Below, one piece after another: positions 1 through 13,313 of a stretch of DNA of 64,000 nucleotides (position 1 is its first letter; each line of letters begins with the position of its first letter). The position numbers were made by a program, and so were the translations under genes. A model generated the notes under the pieces. That model did no database searches and was not told the origin of the DNA. It saw only the letters and a program-made list of their open reading frames with translations. This DNA comes from Lama glama (Eukaryota), in assembly GCA_028534125.1 (NCBI GenBank), contig CM052817.1, forward strand, positions 44,332,001 to 44,396,000, read 5' to 3'.

Positions 1-279
1 GAATAAGGTACACATATTCCCTCTTAACACCCATGGAATTCACAGACTAGGGTGTGCTGGTGGAAAAAGAAATCAACAAGTACAAAATAATATGGTGAGT
101 GATGAGATAGTATTCTTTATCTCATATTTCAGGGGCTTCTAATTTCATATCAAGCAGTCAGGGAAGGCTTCTTCAAGGAACAATGTCTAAGCCGGGACCT
201 GAAAAGATGAGTGTACCATGCTAAGGCCTGGCACATTCAAACTATCCCAGGGGCCAATGAAAACATCCTGGAGAGAAAA

Positions 280-679
280 TAGTTGGGCAGTTTTTTCAAA
301 AAAGTTTAATATAGATTCACCATATGACTTACCAAACCAATTCTACTCCTAGGTATATACCCCCAAAATTGAAAATATATGTTCACACAAAAACTTGTAC
401 ACAAATATTCGTAGCAACATTATGCATTATAGCTGAAGAAATGGAAATAACCCTACAAGTGAACTTATTTACAAAACAGAAACAGACTCACTGACATAGA
501 AAAGAAACTTATGGTTACCAGAGTGGAAAGGGTGTGGGAAGGGATAAATTGGGAGTTCAAGATTTGCAGATACTAACTACTATATATAAAATAGATAAAC
601 AACAAAGTCCTACTGTGTTGCACAGGGAACTATAGTCAACATCTTGTGACAGACCATAATGGAAAACAATATGAAAAAG

Positions 680-712
<33 letters not shown>

Positions 713-1190
713 AACTGAATCACTTTGCTATACACCAGAAACTAACACAACATTACAAATTAACTAACTTAAAAAAAAGAAGAAATGGAAATAACCCAAA
801 TTTTGAATTGATAAACAAAATGTGGTCTATTCATACAACGGAATGTTATTTAGTCATGAAAAGGAAACAAGTACTGTTACATGCTACAAGATGGATGAAC
901 GTTGAAAACATTATGCTAAGCAAAAGAATCCAGACACAAAAGACCACATGTTTCATTTAATGAAATGTCTAGAGCAGGTAAATCCATAGAGAGCGTGTAG
1001 ATGAGCAGTGGTTAGGGGATGAAGGTGGAGGGGTATTTTGAATGACTGCTAATGGGTATGGGGTTTCTCTTATGGGTGATGGAAATGTTAGATAGTGAAA
1101 ATGGTTGCGTGACATTATGAATCATTCACTTTAAAATGCTTAAAATGGTGAATTTTATGTTATATGAATTTGTCTTATGTTTTAAAATTG
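280..1190 (+). mobile_element. Old L1 (L1MB-like) 3' end, split by a younger L1
   Basis: L1M 3' motifs (catatgac...ctactcctaggtatatac, ttcacacaaaaacttgtacac, gatggatgaacgttgaaaacattatgctaag). Confidence 0.8.
454..778 (+). mobile_element. Young 5'-truncated L1 3' end with 19-bp TSD
   Basis: Perfect TSD gaagaaatggaaataaccc at 435-453 and 779-797, A-tail, internal (TA)n. Same family as the copies at 6130 and 17883. Confidence 0.9.
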
Positions 1191-1944
1191 AAAAACAATG
1201 ACAACAAAACTGGAGCAAGAGCTCAGCACTTTTGAGAAACTGAAAGAAACTCTGAATTACAGGAAAGCCTGGAGCAGAGAGAGTGAATGGGGAATGGTCA
1301 GCTATGAGCTGAAAAAATAACTGGGCCAGAGTTTGAAGGGCCCTAAAACTATATTAGGGAGTTTGGCTTTACCCTGAGGCAAAGAGATGCTATTGGAGGA
1401 GATTCAGTAGGTTGGTGCCCTGACCTGATGATGTGTGTTTTCTAGTGTCTTCTGATGACGAAAGAAAGGGACAGAGAGGTTATTTTACCCGCGAGTTGTC
1501 AGTCAGTACTGTTGCAAACTGACCTGAGGTCATTTGGTCATGCACAACACTTAGCTTCTTTTCGGAGGATGACAGTAACTGCTCAAGAAGTTTAAGGTGC
1601 CAGTTACCTACCCACCCACCCAACTCAATTGTGATACATAAATAACTCATAACAAAGGTAAGTCTCAGCCCAAATTCTGCTGCATGTTTTTCAAAAGAAG
1701 AATCCATTAGAAAGCTGAGTACAGTTTGTAACACCTGTTCTGTAAGCTCAGTGAGTTTCCCAGGTCTCTAGTTTTCCTAGGTGTTTCAACCCCGCTCTGC
1801 ATGAAAGGTTCCCACACACACAGTCTCCTTCAGTGGTTAACACCTTATATAAATAACTACAGTATGAAATGTTTTAAATTACAAGAATACATCAGTAGTT
1901 TTCAGGAGATGTACATGATGTCTCTCCTGCTAATACCATTACTG

Positions 1945-2080
1945 CAATTTTTTGTTTTGTTTGCTTTTTGGGGGGAGGTAATTAGATATATTTATTTTTT
2001 TCTTAATGGAGGTACTCGGGGTTGAACCCAGAACACATTCATGCTAAGCATGCTCTCTTCCACTGAGATATACCCTCCCC
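1945..2080 (-). mobile_element. tRNA-derived SINE (camelid Vic-1-like)
   Basis: Reverse complement gives ggggagggtatatctcagtggaagagagcatgcttagcatg...gggttcaaccccgagtacctcc with A/B boxes and AT-rich tail. Confidence 0.85.
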
Positions 2081-2979
2081 ACACAATGACTGCAATTTTA
2101 AATGTATCACTAGTGCATTCTACAGTTGATGTTCAATAAAATATTCTCAACAGCATCACTGTAATTTAAACTCTTCCTGGCATTATTATTATTAGTTATC
2201 TGATAAATCCTAGAGATTAAATTTACTCCTCTCTATGGTATTATAATTTTTGTGTTCTTAAAACTCGTCATACATGAAAAATGTAACAAAATGCAAACAC
2301 ACATGTAGTGTTGTTCTTGGAACACAATGGGCTTTTGTTTCTATCTTAGAGGAGCTCAGATTCTTTAGGAGTGGCTGGTGATTTGTTAGATGGGAAAATC
2401 TGAGTATCCTGATAATCCAACTCCTTTACTTTATAGATGAAAAAAAATGCCTTGTTCGAGGTCACCCACCCCAGAAATTGACCCATCTTCTGATTTCCAA
2501 GCCATCTCTCCATCAACAAGTCCCCTAGACATGGCTGAACTACTTGGCTCACTCTTGTCAGTTCACCCGTTAGATGCTTATATATATATATCTCAATATA
2601 TATCAATCACCATTCTAGACATTGGAGAAAATGCCTGTCATCATGAAGTTTTTATTCTATTTTGGGGAAAAGGCAACAAACAAAAAAGATAGATAAAATA
2701 CCCAGTATGTCAGATTTTTCCAAGAAAAAAAAAATGGTATGAATGAGGACAGAGAGTGTCAGGGCAGTGTGAAGGTTTAAACTTTTCCATGGGATGACCA
2801 GGAAAGATCTCACCCAAGACTATAATGTTCTTGATGCCAAGGTCTACTGTGTCCTTATCATATTTATCTATATCTTACAATACTTAGCACAATGCTTTAA
2901 ACATAGAAGACATTCAACATATATATTGAATTTAATATTTTCATAAATTGATTCTTGAAATAAAAACAAGCTAAGAGTA

Positions 2980-3092
2980 GGGGAAGGTATAGCTCAGTAG
3001 TAGAACCCATGCTTACTGTGCACAAGGTCCTGGGTTCAAGCCCCACCCAATACCTCTATTAAATAAATAAATAAATTTATTTATTTATTTAA
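2980..3092 (+). mobile_element. tRNA-derived SINE (Vic-1-like) with TSD
   Basis: ggggaaggtatagctcagtagtagaa...ggtcctgggttcaagcccc. TSD aaaaacaagctaaga at 2962-2976 and 3093-3107. Confidence 0.9.
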
Positions 3093-3498
3093 AAAAACAA
3101 GCTAAGAAACCCCTTTTCTTTCAACAGAATGCAAAGTCATATAATTTCCATAAAGAAACTCCTTAATTATGAAGTAAACATTGATTGTTAGTTATTGTTT
3201 TCCTATTTTTATTTTTTGTTAGGAATTTCATTTAAACAAATATGGTACATTGGATATATGTATTATTTGCCCAAAATTAAAATTAAAAAAAGAAGCATAT
3301 TTTAATAATTGGCAGAGTAGCTCTTCACACAACCGTAGCTTAGGCTGAGTTTCTCCTCTGACACTGTGAAATCAGTTGATGCGTCATGCCTGGAAGTAAG
3401 GGAAGAACTTTTCTCAGAAATTAGTTTACAATAAACCAGACAAACCACACACATGGGCAGATTTCCAATCCAATTTCTTTTCAATATAAGAACTGGAA

Positions 3499-3554
3499 TT
3501 TGACACAACACTGTAAAATGATTATGAATCAATAAAAAATGTAAAAAAAAAAAA
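3499..3554 (+). mobile_element. 56-bp L1 3' tip with poly(A) and TSD
   Basis: TSD aagaactggaa at 3488-3498 and 3555-3565. Insert tgacacaacactgtaaaatgattat...aataaa-A(n) resembles the 3' tips at about 740 and 18600. Confidence 0.8.
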
Positions 3555-5849
3555 AAGAACTGGAAATATACCCTGATTCCCTGGTGCTTTTCTTGTTTTT
3601 ACCTAACCATTCCTAGGTTGGGAGGGATGACAATTACCAAAAAAGAATTTGTTGAACATATCCTGCCAACAAGTTTTTTCTGGTACAGAATGAAAGACCT
3701 AGTTCAGATATGCAATTAGCAGGTATTTATTAAGAGCTGACCATGTGCGGGTCCCAGCGAGGGCTGTGAGGGTGCAAGAGGGCCCTGTGAGGGCTCTTAA
3801 CTGGCAACTACTCATGCCCGTCATCCAAGAAAAAGAACAATCCCCTTTCTTTTTTGTGTCTTCATTAAACAATAGTTTATGATGGCTAACATACTTCATT
3901 TGCTGTAGTGTCATTGAGAGCTTCCAGCCTTACAGTTGGAATACCTGCTTCTTGGCTCCACCTCTTCCACTGTTTTAATTTTAAAAAAATTATTGAGGTG
4001 TAATTCACATAGCACAATTCATTGACACACACACACACACACAGAAGAAACTACAAAACTATAAAACTACAAAAAATTATACACACACGAGTGTAACTGC
4101 TGTGCTCATTGTTAGGGAGGACATAAGTTCTTCTATTTCATGTCGATCCTAGTCCTATAACCTTTCTCGGTGTGTGAATCCATTTCACTATTTTTGATTG
4201 TTCAAATAATTGACCACTTTAGATAGTACTGATTATTGAGAATTGTTCCTCTCACCCTAGAGTCCAGACTAGAGGTACTCGGAAAAGCTCCTTTGTCTCT
4301 TTTGTTGTAGAATGAGGGATAAATCAAGAATTTTTGAAGCAAAGAATAGTAAAGTGATTTATCTAAGGTTACACGGCTAATAGTTCATAGACTATTAGCT
4401 GGCCTGACTGACTGGCTGTTTCCATTATGTCATTTGCTCTCCCAAAACACTAGGGAGTGGGAATCACAGAGTTATTTTGGTACCGTTTGTTCTCCATCAA
4501 ATGTATTATTTTGGGGGACAGTGGAGAAAGATGGATAATCTGATCCAAGGCCATAGGATAAAAATAATATTTTATTTAGAATTGATGCATTATTAGCCCC
4601 AGCTTAGTAAATGTAAGTGAGACACTTGTTTGACTTCTTACAATTTCTGATTAACTAGTTTATTGTCAATTGCAGACAAGATTTACAAAGTGGGCCAAGA
4701 AATTTTCCCAGAAGTCTGTGGCTGCTAAGCTAAGTTTCCAAGGAGCACTATTACTTCTTCCTTTCAACCTATAAATTGCAAATCATTGCACAAGCAACCC
4801 AAATAATTAGTGCCGAGTTACCTTTTGACCTAGTATGCCACTGATTTGCCCTTAATTCACTGGTCTCAATGTTCATCCCAAGCAGTTTTTATGCCACAAT
4901 TTTTTCGTTATTAAGTTTACCTTATTCCTCAGTTTGCTGAGTACAATTTTTCAGAAATGGTATAAAAGTGGTAGGTTTTCTGAGCCCTCAATAACTGAGA
5001 ACGTATTTCTGTTGGCTTCCCATATGAGCAACACCTCAGCTGGGCATAGGTGCTTGGATCACAGGCCTTTCCCCTTTCAAGGTGTGGATACACACACAGA
5101 CACTCCACTTATTAATGTAAAGCTGCAACATTTCACAAGTTCTAGTGAAAGAATCTATATGGATTACAAGAGGGACAGCACAGAAAGCCTTAAACAGAAA
5201 GTTTAAGTGTTTTATGTGCTTCCAAGGGTATCCACTGGTGTCTTTAAAAGTCTACTAAGGAGTCGTGGCTCTGGACTGGAGAGTGTGGACTGAAGGTTGG
5301 AAAAGCGATCAATTTCCATGGCAACATGAGTAAAACCTCCCCAGATAAACTGCCCTCCCTCCCTTCATTGCAATTTCAGGTTCAAAGTACAAAGATCTGA
5401 GGTCAAGTCTACTGCCAATAATGGAAAGGCATGGAGGCTGGGGCATAGTCAGACCCAGTGGGAGACAGAACTCAAAGTTCATTAATCCTTGCAGTGGACA
5501 CTCCAAGGCCAATAAATGCCAGGATAATTTAATAATGCAATTCATTTCCATGACATAACTGATGCATATGGCTTAGCATACCACGCTGTAATTGTAACAA
5601 CAGTTAACATATTTAATGTTTAATTCTCACAACAACCTTTAGAGGCCACAGCTCTTAGACCGTTCCCATTTTGTAGATGAAAAGACTAAGACAAAGAAAG
5701 GGCAAATCATTTGCCCAAGGTTACACCCTTAGCAAGTAGTAAAGCCTGCGATAAAACTTGAGGCTGATGTCAAAGAATTTGCTTCTCTCCACCACATTAT
5801 ATTGATATAATGACATAGTAAAACCTTACCAGTGTAAATGTCTTTTTTA

Positions 5850-5990
5850 AAAACACCTTCATTGTGGTATACTTCCTGTACTGTAAACTACACATATTTC
5901 AGATGTACAATTTGATGAATTTTGATAGATGTATACACACATGAAATCACCACCACAATCAAGATAGCTAACGTTTCCATTACTCCCCAA
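5850..5990 (-). mobile_element. Old L1M 3' end fragment
   Basis: tgtacaatttgatgaattttgatagatgtatacac...caccacaatcaagata, typical L1M 3' terminus in reverse. Confidence 0.7.
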
Positions 5991-6129
5991 AAGGTGCAAA
6001 TTTCAAACTCCAATTTCAAGTTACTATTGCATTATCTGTAACAAAGAGAGTTTACTGTTTCTAATTATAAAGAATATTGTGGGGAAATGTTTAATGAACA
6101 CATTCATGACTACAGACAGACTTACCTTT

Positions 6130-6761
6130 TTATTTTAATTGAAGTATAGTGAGTTTGCAATGTTGTGTCAATTTCTGGTGTACAGCATAATGTTTCAGTC
6201 ATATATATACATACATATATTCCTTTTCTTATTCTTTTTCGTTATAGTTACTACAAGATATTGAATATAGATATAGTTCCCTTTGCTATACAGAAGAAAG
6301 TTGTTGTTTATCTATTTTGTATATACTAGTTAATATCTGCAAATCTGGAATTCCCAATTTATCTCTTCCAACCCCCTTTCCCCACTGGTAACCATAAGTT
6401 TATTTTTTATGTCTGTAAGTCTGTTTCTGTTTTGTAAATAAGTTCATTTTTGTCTTTTTTTTTTTTTAAATTCCACATGTAAGTGATATCGTATGGTATT
6501 TTTCTTTCTCTTTCTGACTTGTTTCACTTAGAATGATGATCTCCAGTTCCATCCATGTTGTTGTAAATGGTATTATTTTATTCTTTTTTTATGGGTGAGT
6601 AGTACTTTTTTATTCAGTCACCTGTCGATGGACATTTGGGTTGTTTCTGTGTCTTCATTATTAAGAGTGCTTCTGTGAACATTGGGGTGTGTGTATCTTT
6701 TCAAATTAGAGTTCCCTCCAGATATACACCCAGGAATGGGATTGCTGGATCGTATGGTAAG
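6130..6761 (-). mobile_element. Young L1 3' fragment with TSD
   Basis: Reverse complement of the 17883-18640 family. TSD gacagacttaccttt (6115-6129) vs gactaacttaccttt (6762-6776). Confidence 0.88.
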
Positions 6762-7159
6762 GACTAACTTACCTTTGACATCATTGAAGTACCTTTACTG
6801 AGTTCATCTGCTTCTGCTGCCTGCTGTTACATCACCCTGTCCCCTTTTGTGACTACTTCTGTTACTTCTCAACACATTTCTTAAAATTGAACATACTGTG
6901 AAGGGTTTTTAGATGAGATAATCACTCAGTTTTCTTCTGAAGTTCTGTGATCCTGTGAGATTTGTTGCTAAAGAAAGGTGTTATGCCTATTAAAGTCATC
7001 CAAATAAATTTCAGTAATAAAATATGTTAGAAATACCGAGGGGAAGCAGGTGCACCCACATACTACATAGTTCAGTCGTTCAATTTTTTTAAGAGCAATT
7101 TGAATGTATGTGTGTGCATAGATATAAAAAGCTGGGTTTTTTCCACTTTTAGAGGATTA

Positions 7160-7870
7160 TATCAGTTAGGAATGTTTTGGCCATAAATAACAAAAATCTT
7201 GACTTGGCCGACAGTGGCTTAAACACATAGGGATTTATGTTTCTGGCCTAGCGAGAGATCTGGAGGTAGGCGGTTGCTGGCACGGGGTCAACAGTCCAAC
7301 CCTGTTCAGGGTGGACCTCTGGGATTCTCTTAGCCTTTTTCTATTTGGTCACAAGAAGACTGCCTTTGGCAGCCACAAAATTTCACCACCCAGATCTCTT
7401 GGTGCAGGAGGGAAGAGAGTTCACTGACAGCCCCAGCTCTCCAGATCTCCCACAGTGTTTGCTCTGAGCAGCTCACAGCCAGTGACTGACACAGCGGTGG
7501 GTTATAGTGCAGGCCCGTTCCTGCAAGATGCTGAACAGGACATTAGTGGGATAACTGGCAACATCTGAATAAGGTCCATAGATTAGAAAATAGTAGTGAA
7601 TCAACATTAATTTCTTGAGTTTGATCATTGTTCTGTCAAAAAAAGTCCTTGTTTTTAGGAAGTATATACAGAAATGTTTAGAGCCAGAGGAACATTGTAT
7701 CTACATCTTACTCGCAAGTGGTTCAGAAAGAAGTATACAGCGGGAAGGAATGGTAAACATGGTAAATGTTAACATTTGGGGAATCTGGTGTACAGAAATT
7801 CTTTTTTCTTTTTGCAACTTTTTGGGAGGTCTGGAGTTGTTTCAAACTAAAAAGTGAAACATTAAAAAAA
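7160..7870. mobile_element. Cluster of old fragments: MLT1-like (7160-7380), LTR16-like (7380-7540), L1MC 3' end (7540-7870)
   Basis: Recalled motifs atcagttaggaatg...cagtggcttaaac; cacagccagtgactgacacagc...ggcccgttcctgcaagatg; ggacattagtgggataactggcaacatctgaataaggtc. Confidence 0.6.
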
Positions 7871-9389
7871 AAACCCTCTGAGATTCAAACTAGATCTCAC
7901 AACAGTTACGAATTTGTCAGGTTTTACAGTACAATAATCGGGGGAAACATGATATGTTGTTACCAGTTTACCTTGTATTGTATTTCTCTATCACTTAGAA
8001 GAAATAATAACCAATAATAACTTGCTACTTCTCAATGTAAATTAAAAAACAAAAACCAGTTTTTAAAGCCCTACTTTTGCAAGGGGAAACCAGTAGGAAG
8101 CAGAATTTGGTTGTTCAGGTGTAACCGTGCTGGTGTACCTGCCCCTTCCTTTCCTTCTACTCCCTGCTGACCTATGTCCATCTCTGGGCTTTGTGGTCCC
8201 AACCTTAGTTCTTGTCCACTGGCCCTTTGGGCTTAGTACTTTGTGTTCGCCCAGGATTGGGGCCTTGAAGCTCCTCTACATTAACCTTCGGTTCCAACTG
8301 TCTCTTTGCCATGGTATCTCTTATTTCTTTAAATAATATTCCTTGTCTAACCCTGGACCCTAGTTCCCACCCCTCTCTCCTGTCCATTGACTCAGCAAAG
8401 CTTCAGTGATTCCCCTCTTTCCTCCCCCAAATGGACAGAAATAAAACTCATTTATTCATCCCTTCAGCAAATATTTCCCAAGGGTCTACTAAGAACCAGA
8501 CAGTGTTTTAGGCTCAGAGAACAAAACAGACCAAAACTATGCCCTCATGTAGAACCTACATTCTAGTAGAGGGAGGCAGAAAACAAAATAAATAGGCTGA
8601 TACATAGTTTGATAGATGCAGATAGATTGCTACCCAGAAAAATAAAGCTTGTCTTGTGGAGCCATGGGTCCAGACCCAAGAGGCAGGGACTGAGATTGAG
8701 AGAAACCAGGAGGAAGACGTTCATTGTGAATCCTGAGAGATGAGCAGAGAATGCTTTTCTAGTAGGAGAAACAAATGCCTATTATACAAGTTAAGCTGGC
8801 ACAAGTGATTAAGTTCTTTCTAGGAAGGAGAATAAGCAAAGTGTAATTGGACCTTCTTGGAAAATAAGTGATGTGATCGTCTGATAGTAAAGATAAGAAC
8901 TCTCTGAGAACTGGCATCCTGATTTCCAGCTGGGGTGGCCTGTGTGCTGCTACTAATTAGATTCCAGGGCCTGGGAACCTCAGGGTGTAATCTGCTATCT
9001 TCACCAAGATGGAATCTGTGCTGCGGTTTACAAAGACATTAACAATGTCACGTGGCTCTTCCAACTGGTTCTGATTGGTCAGGTACAAGCTCAGTGTCAG
9101 TCGGTGATCATGTTTCATAGAGTTTGGATGGAGCAGCTGCCACAAGGGAGGAAAGGAATGGAACTTCTCTGTGCCCCTGCCCTTGCCCCAGCCTCAGGTC
9201 CTAAATATCCCAGAGCCATCTTTAAGTTCCTCCCAGCCCCTCATCCTGCTCAATCCTCCCCCATAACAGGGATAGCGAAGTCTACCCCAAAATTATCCTC
9301 ACTCCATTATTTACCTTGTATTTTTAAAAAATTCCATTCTTTCATGGTAGGGACTGGCAGAAACAAAATGATCTGATGAAACTACCTCA

Positions 9390-9770
9390 TTACTGGCTGT
9401 TCTCAAAGTTGAATGTACACATCTGAGAGAATAAAATGGTGATTCCTGGGTCCCAGTCTAAATCTACTTAATCAGAATCTCTGGTGGATCCAAGCAGCTG
9501 GTATGGTCACTAAAGACTGAAAATTCCTTCTCTTTTCCATATCTGGGACTTCCCAATGCCTTTATAAAACAGGTACCAGTTTTCTAAGCATCCCTGATGA
9601 TAAGACACACCTGGAACCTTGATGAACAAACTCACTCAGCATGCCCTATCCAAACATCTGAATCAGAATCTCCAAGACAGAAGAGGCCTGAGAATCTGTT
9701 TTTTTAATCAGCCCCTTGATTTTTTTTTTAATGATCAGAGAAATCTGAGCATGCTTCTAGGTGATTAAAA
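9390..9770. mobile_element. MER5-like hAT-Charlie MITE fragments
   Basis: ttctcaaagtt...aatcagaatctctgg and ctgaatcagaatctcc...ctgagaatctgttttttt cores. Similar fragments at about 20390-20470, 32920-33060, 53355-53500 and 57925-58095. Confidence 0.65.
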
Positions 9771-10384
9771 AAAAATAGGACAGGGAGGCTACCATCAGAC
9801 TACCAGAGAACCCATGTCATAGACAAGCCACAAATGGCTATCTTTGGATTAAGTGTACAGTTCAATCTGCTGTGGTCAGTTAAGATGGGGTCACATGGCA
9901 TAAAATATGGCCATGTTTATCATGGAAAGAAATGTCAGGGGTTCCAGAACCATAACAAAGACAACAAAAAGCAAAGGTGTGATCTAACTTCTGAGTAAAG
10001 TCTTAAGTGGTTTCAATTTATTGCTAATGAAATTGGTGACTCCAGTATGAACAAAGAAAGGATATGAAATAAGGGGCATTTAAGCTGGGCACTGAGAGCA
10101 TGAATCGATGTCACAGTCTGAGTTTTCAGTGGTGGACTTTTTGTTCTTTGCTTGAACTATCCTGAGGGGATCGCTGATTTTTGCAGCTAAGGAGCTCAGA
10201 AGCAAAGGAAATGGATATATCTTAGAAACTTTGATTCCACATTGCTTTCCCCATAAAATTCCTAAAAATCATGCCAGTGAGATAATAATCCCTAAATATA
10301 AACCTAGAGCCCACTTCTATCCAGTGATTGCCTGGCACGTTGCAAAGCTATGGGGCCCTGAGGCATGTTGTATCTTCCTCTAGA

Positions 10385-10825
10385 CCACAGATTTCCAGCT
10401 TTTCAGTTTTAGGACACTTTTGCTCTATTAAAAATTACCGAGAATTCCAAAGAGCTTTTATGTAGGTTGTATCTGTTGATATTTACTGTATCTGAAATTA
10501 AAGCAGAAATTTTTAACATTTTAATTTCTTTATTTTAAAATAGCAATAATAAATGTATATGTTAGCATAACTTTTTACAATTCTGTGATAGAAGTGTCAT
10601 TGTTTTACATTTTTGCTGGTATCTTTAATGCCTGGCTTAATAAAAGACAGCTGGATTCTCATGTCTGCTTTTGCATTCAATCAGGTGTGACATCACAGGT
10701 CATGAAGCATCTAGGAAACTCCATAGCACCCTCATGAGGGAATGAGAGTGAAAAAGGCCTTATAGACTCCAAAGGGTTTTGGGAATTCCCAGATGTCCCC
10801 AAACCACATTCTAGATATTGCAGTT
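10385..10825. mobile_element. hAT-Charlie-type DNA transposon remnant
   Basis: ggacac...aaaattaccgagaattccaaagagctttt...gacagctggattctcatgtctgcttttgcattcaatc, recalled Charlie motifs. Confidence 0.6.
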
Positions 10826-11074
10826 AGTAGGAATATAGGCCAGGCCCTGGAAAACATAAATTATTTTTTCTTCTTAAAATGTAAACATTCTCTTGCTCAG
10901 CTCTTAAAATATGCTCTTGGTCTCTAGCTTCATAACTCTCTCCTCATCAGATTTATTCTCCACTGCTATCAGCATCTTAAAATGATGAGCTGACATTTAT
11001 TGAGCAGTTTCCACATGACAGATCCTAAACTAAGTACTCTATATGCGTTATCTCTTTTCATCTTTATACCAACC

Positions 11075-11977
11075 TGTGAGATAATAGAAACTATATATAT
11101 ATTGGCTCTGTCCCTGGATCCTGGCAGGGAACTCCTAAAACTACTGACATTTCCTTAGTGACAAGAGCACTAGGAGCATCTTTTGTTCTGACCTTTGGTC
11201 TTTGACCCTGTTTCTAAGTCCCTTGGAATTTCCTGGGAGATGGCAGTGTCTTTTGTCCTAATGAGGTGACTCTGGGTGGGTTCTTGGGTGGGGGCCGGTC
11301 ACCGGAAAGACCAAGCCTGATTAGAAGCTTAGAATTTTTGGCCCCACCCTCCATTCTCCAGAGAAGGGAGAGGGGCTGGCAATAGGTTGATGACTGATCA
11401 TGCCTACATGATGAAGCCTCCATAAAAATCCCAAAAGGACGGGGTTCATTTGGAGACCTTCCAGGCTGGTGAACACGTTGTGGTGCTGGGGGAGGGGCAC
11501 ACCCACAGAGAGCATGGAAGCTCCCGCACACCTTGCCCTACGCATCTCTTCCATCTGGATGTTCATCTGTATCCCTTATCACTTGTTTTTATAATATACT
11601 GGTCAACAGGAGGTGAACTGTTTCCCTGAGTTCCCTGAGCTGCTCTAGCAAATAAATTAATCCTGAGGAGGGGGTCGTGGGAACCTCCAATGTATAAAGC
11701 CCATCCGTCAGACGCACAGATGACAGCCTGGACTTGTGACTGGCATCTGACGTGGGATGGGAACAGTCCTGTAGGACTGAGCCCTTAACCTGTGAGATCT
11801 AACGCTATCTCCAGGTAGATAGTACCGGGACTGAGTTAAATTGTAAGACACACAGCTGATGTCACCAAGTGTTGCTCAGTGTGGGAACCCCCTCTCCCCA
11901 TCTGTTTATCTGAGTGTGATACTAGTTTGATAGGAAAGGAGAAAACACAGGAAGAAAACTGAAGTTTTCTTTACACA
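11075..11977 (+). mobile_element. MER21-like solo LTR inserted in a MIR
   Basis: TG...CA ends (tgtgagataatag...ttacaca), MER21-type motifs (ggactgagcccttaacctgtg, aaattgtaagacacacagctg), approximate 4-bp TSD aacc/agcc. MIR sequence on both sides (about 10990-11074, 11978-12110). Confidence 0.8.
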
Positions 11978-12386
11978 AGCCCAGAAGGCAGGCAGTATTG
12001 TTAACTCTAATTTACAGATAAGGAAAAGGAGAAGGGTGGTAATAGGCCCCAAATCCCAGAGCAGGTAAGTTAAGAAACCAAGAATCTAACCCAGACTTCA
12101 TGGTTTTAATTGTTCAATCCTTCTAAATAGTAAGTAGCTCATTTCAAGCTCATATATAATTTTGAAGCTGTATTTCTCATTTTATGCTTTCTATGTGTGT
12201 TTTAAATTGTTTTCAGTTTTTGGGAATTCACTTCAGAAGATCACATGTATATTGGGAACCCTACAATGTGAAGTTTTCTATTTTCCTATGTATTCATCAG
12301 GGGTTGTTCTGTAGTCGGGCTTCAGAAAATTTTGAGTCTTTGGCCAAATATTGGTTTGGAGGAATCTTGGTCTCAAATAAATACAC

Positions 12387-12388
12387 TT

Positions 12389-12439
<51 letters not shown>

Positions 12440-12442
12440 TTT
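12387..12442. repeat. (ATTT)n microsatellite, about 13 units
   Basis: Read directly. Confidence 0.95.
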
Positions 12443-12467
12443 CATCATTACTGTTGTTCCACTCATT

Positions 12468-12852
12468 TGCAGTGGGCTGAATAGTGTCACCCAAAAATTA
12501 AAATCATGGAACCTGGGGATGTGACCTTATTTGGAATTAGAGTCTTTGCAGATGTAATTAAGATCAGGCTTGAAATGAGATCCTGTTGGCTTAGCGTGGG
12601 CCCTAAATCCAAGGAGAGTATCCTTATAAAAGACAGGAAAAGACACAGTAACACAGGGAAGGAGTCCATGTGAAGACGGAGGCAGAGATTGGGTTTAACT
12701 GCCACAGCTGAGGAGCCACCAGGACCAGAAAGGGGCAAGGGAGGATTCTCTTTCAGACTTCTAGACTCCAGACTGTGAGAGAGTAAATTTCTGTTGTGTT
12801 AAGCCTCCCAGTTTGTGCTAATTTGTCCTAGCAGCCCTAGGAAACTAATACA
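12468..12852 (+). mobile_element. MLT1 (MaLR) solo LTR
   Basis: tgcagtgggctgaatagtgtc...gtgaccttatttggaa...gtctttgcagatgtaattaag...gcagccctaggaaactaataca. Confidence 0.85.
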
Positions 12853-12859
12853 TCATCTT

Positions 12860-12995
12860 TTATATATATATATATATAATTTTGGGGGGTGGATAATTAG
12901 GTTTATTTATCTATTTATTATTATTTTTTTAATGGAGGTACTGGGGATTGAACCTAGGACCTTGGGCATGCTAAGCACATGCTCTACCACCCCCT
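12860..12995 (-). mobile_element. tRNA-derived SINE (Vic-1-like)
   Basis: aatggaggtactggggattgaacctaggaccttgggcatgctaagcacatgctctaccac. Confidence 0.85.
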
Positions 12996-13313
12996 CTCCT
13001 GGTTTGTCTTTTAATCCTTCCTTGAGTCTGCTCAGCTCCTAACTCAATGATATACATATATTAAGTTTTTAATACATAGTTGTTGAATGTATGGTTTTCC
13101 CAATTCTTTCTTCTCATTTAATGAATCCATTCAGTAAGTATTTATTAAGTGCCTACAGTGTGTCAGGCGTTTTTTCTTACCTTTGGGATAAATCTATGAA
13201 CCAAAAAGACAAAATTCTGTCCTTATGAAGCTTACTTTCTATTACTCTATCTTCCAGATCCCATATTTGTTCTTCTGCATTATTTGGTCTGCTGTTTATT
13301 GCCTTTAGCTCAG

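Noticed and set aside
4676..10276. Alpha-kinase or sacsin identity for the candidate exon peptides
   Set aside because: Only short superficial resemblances; diagnostic motifs were not found in the right order.
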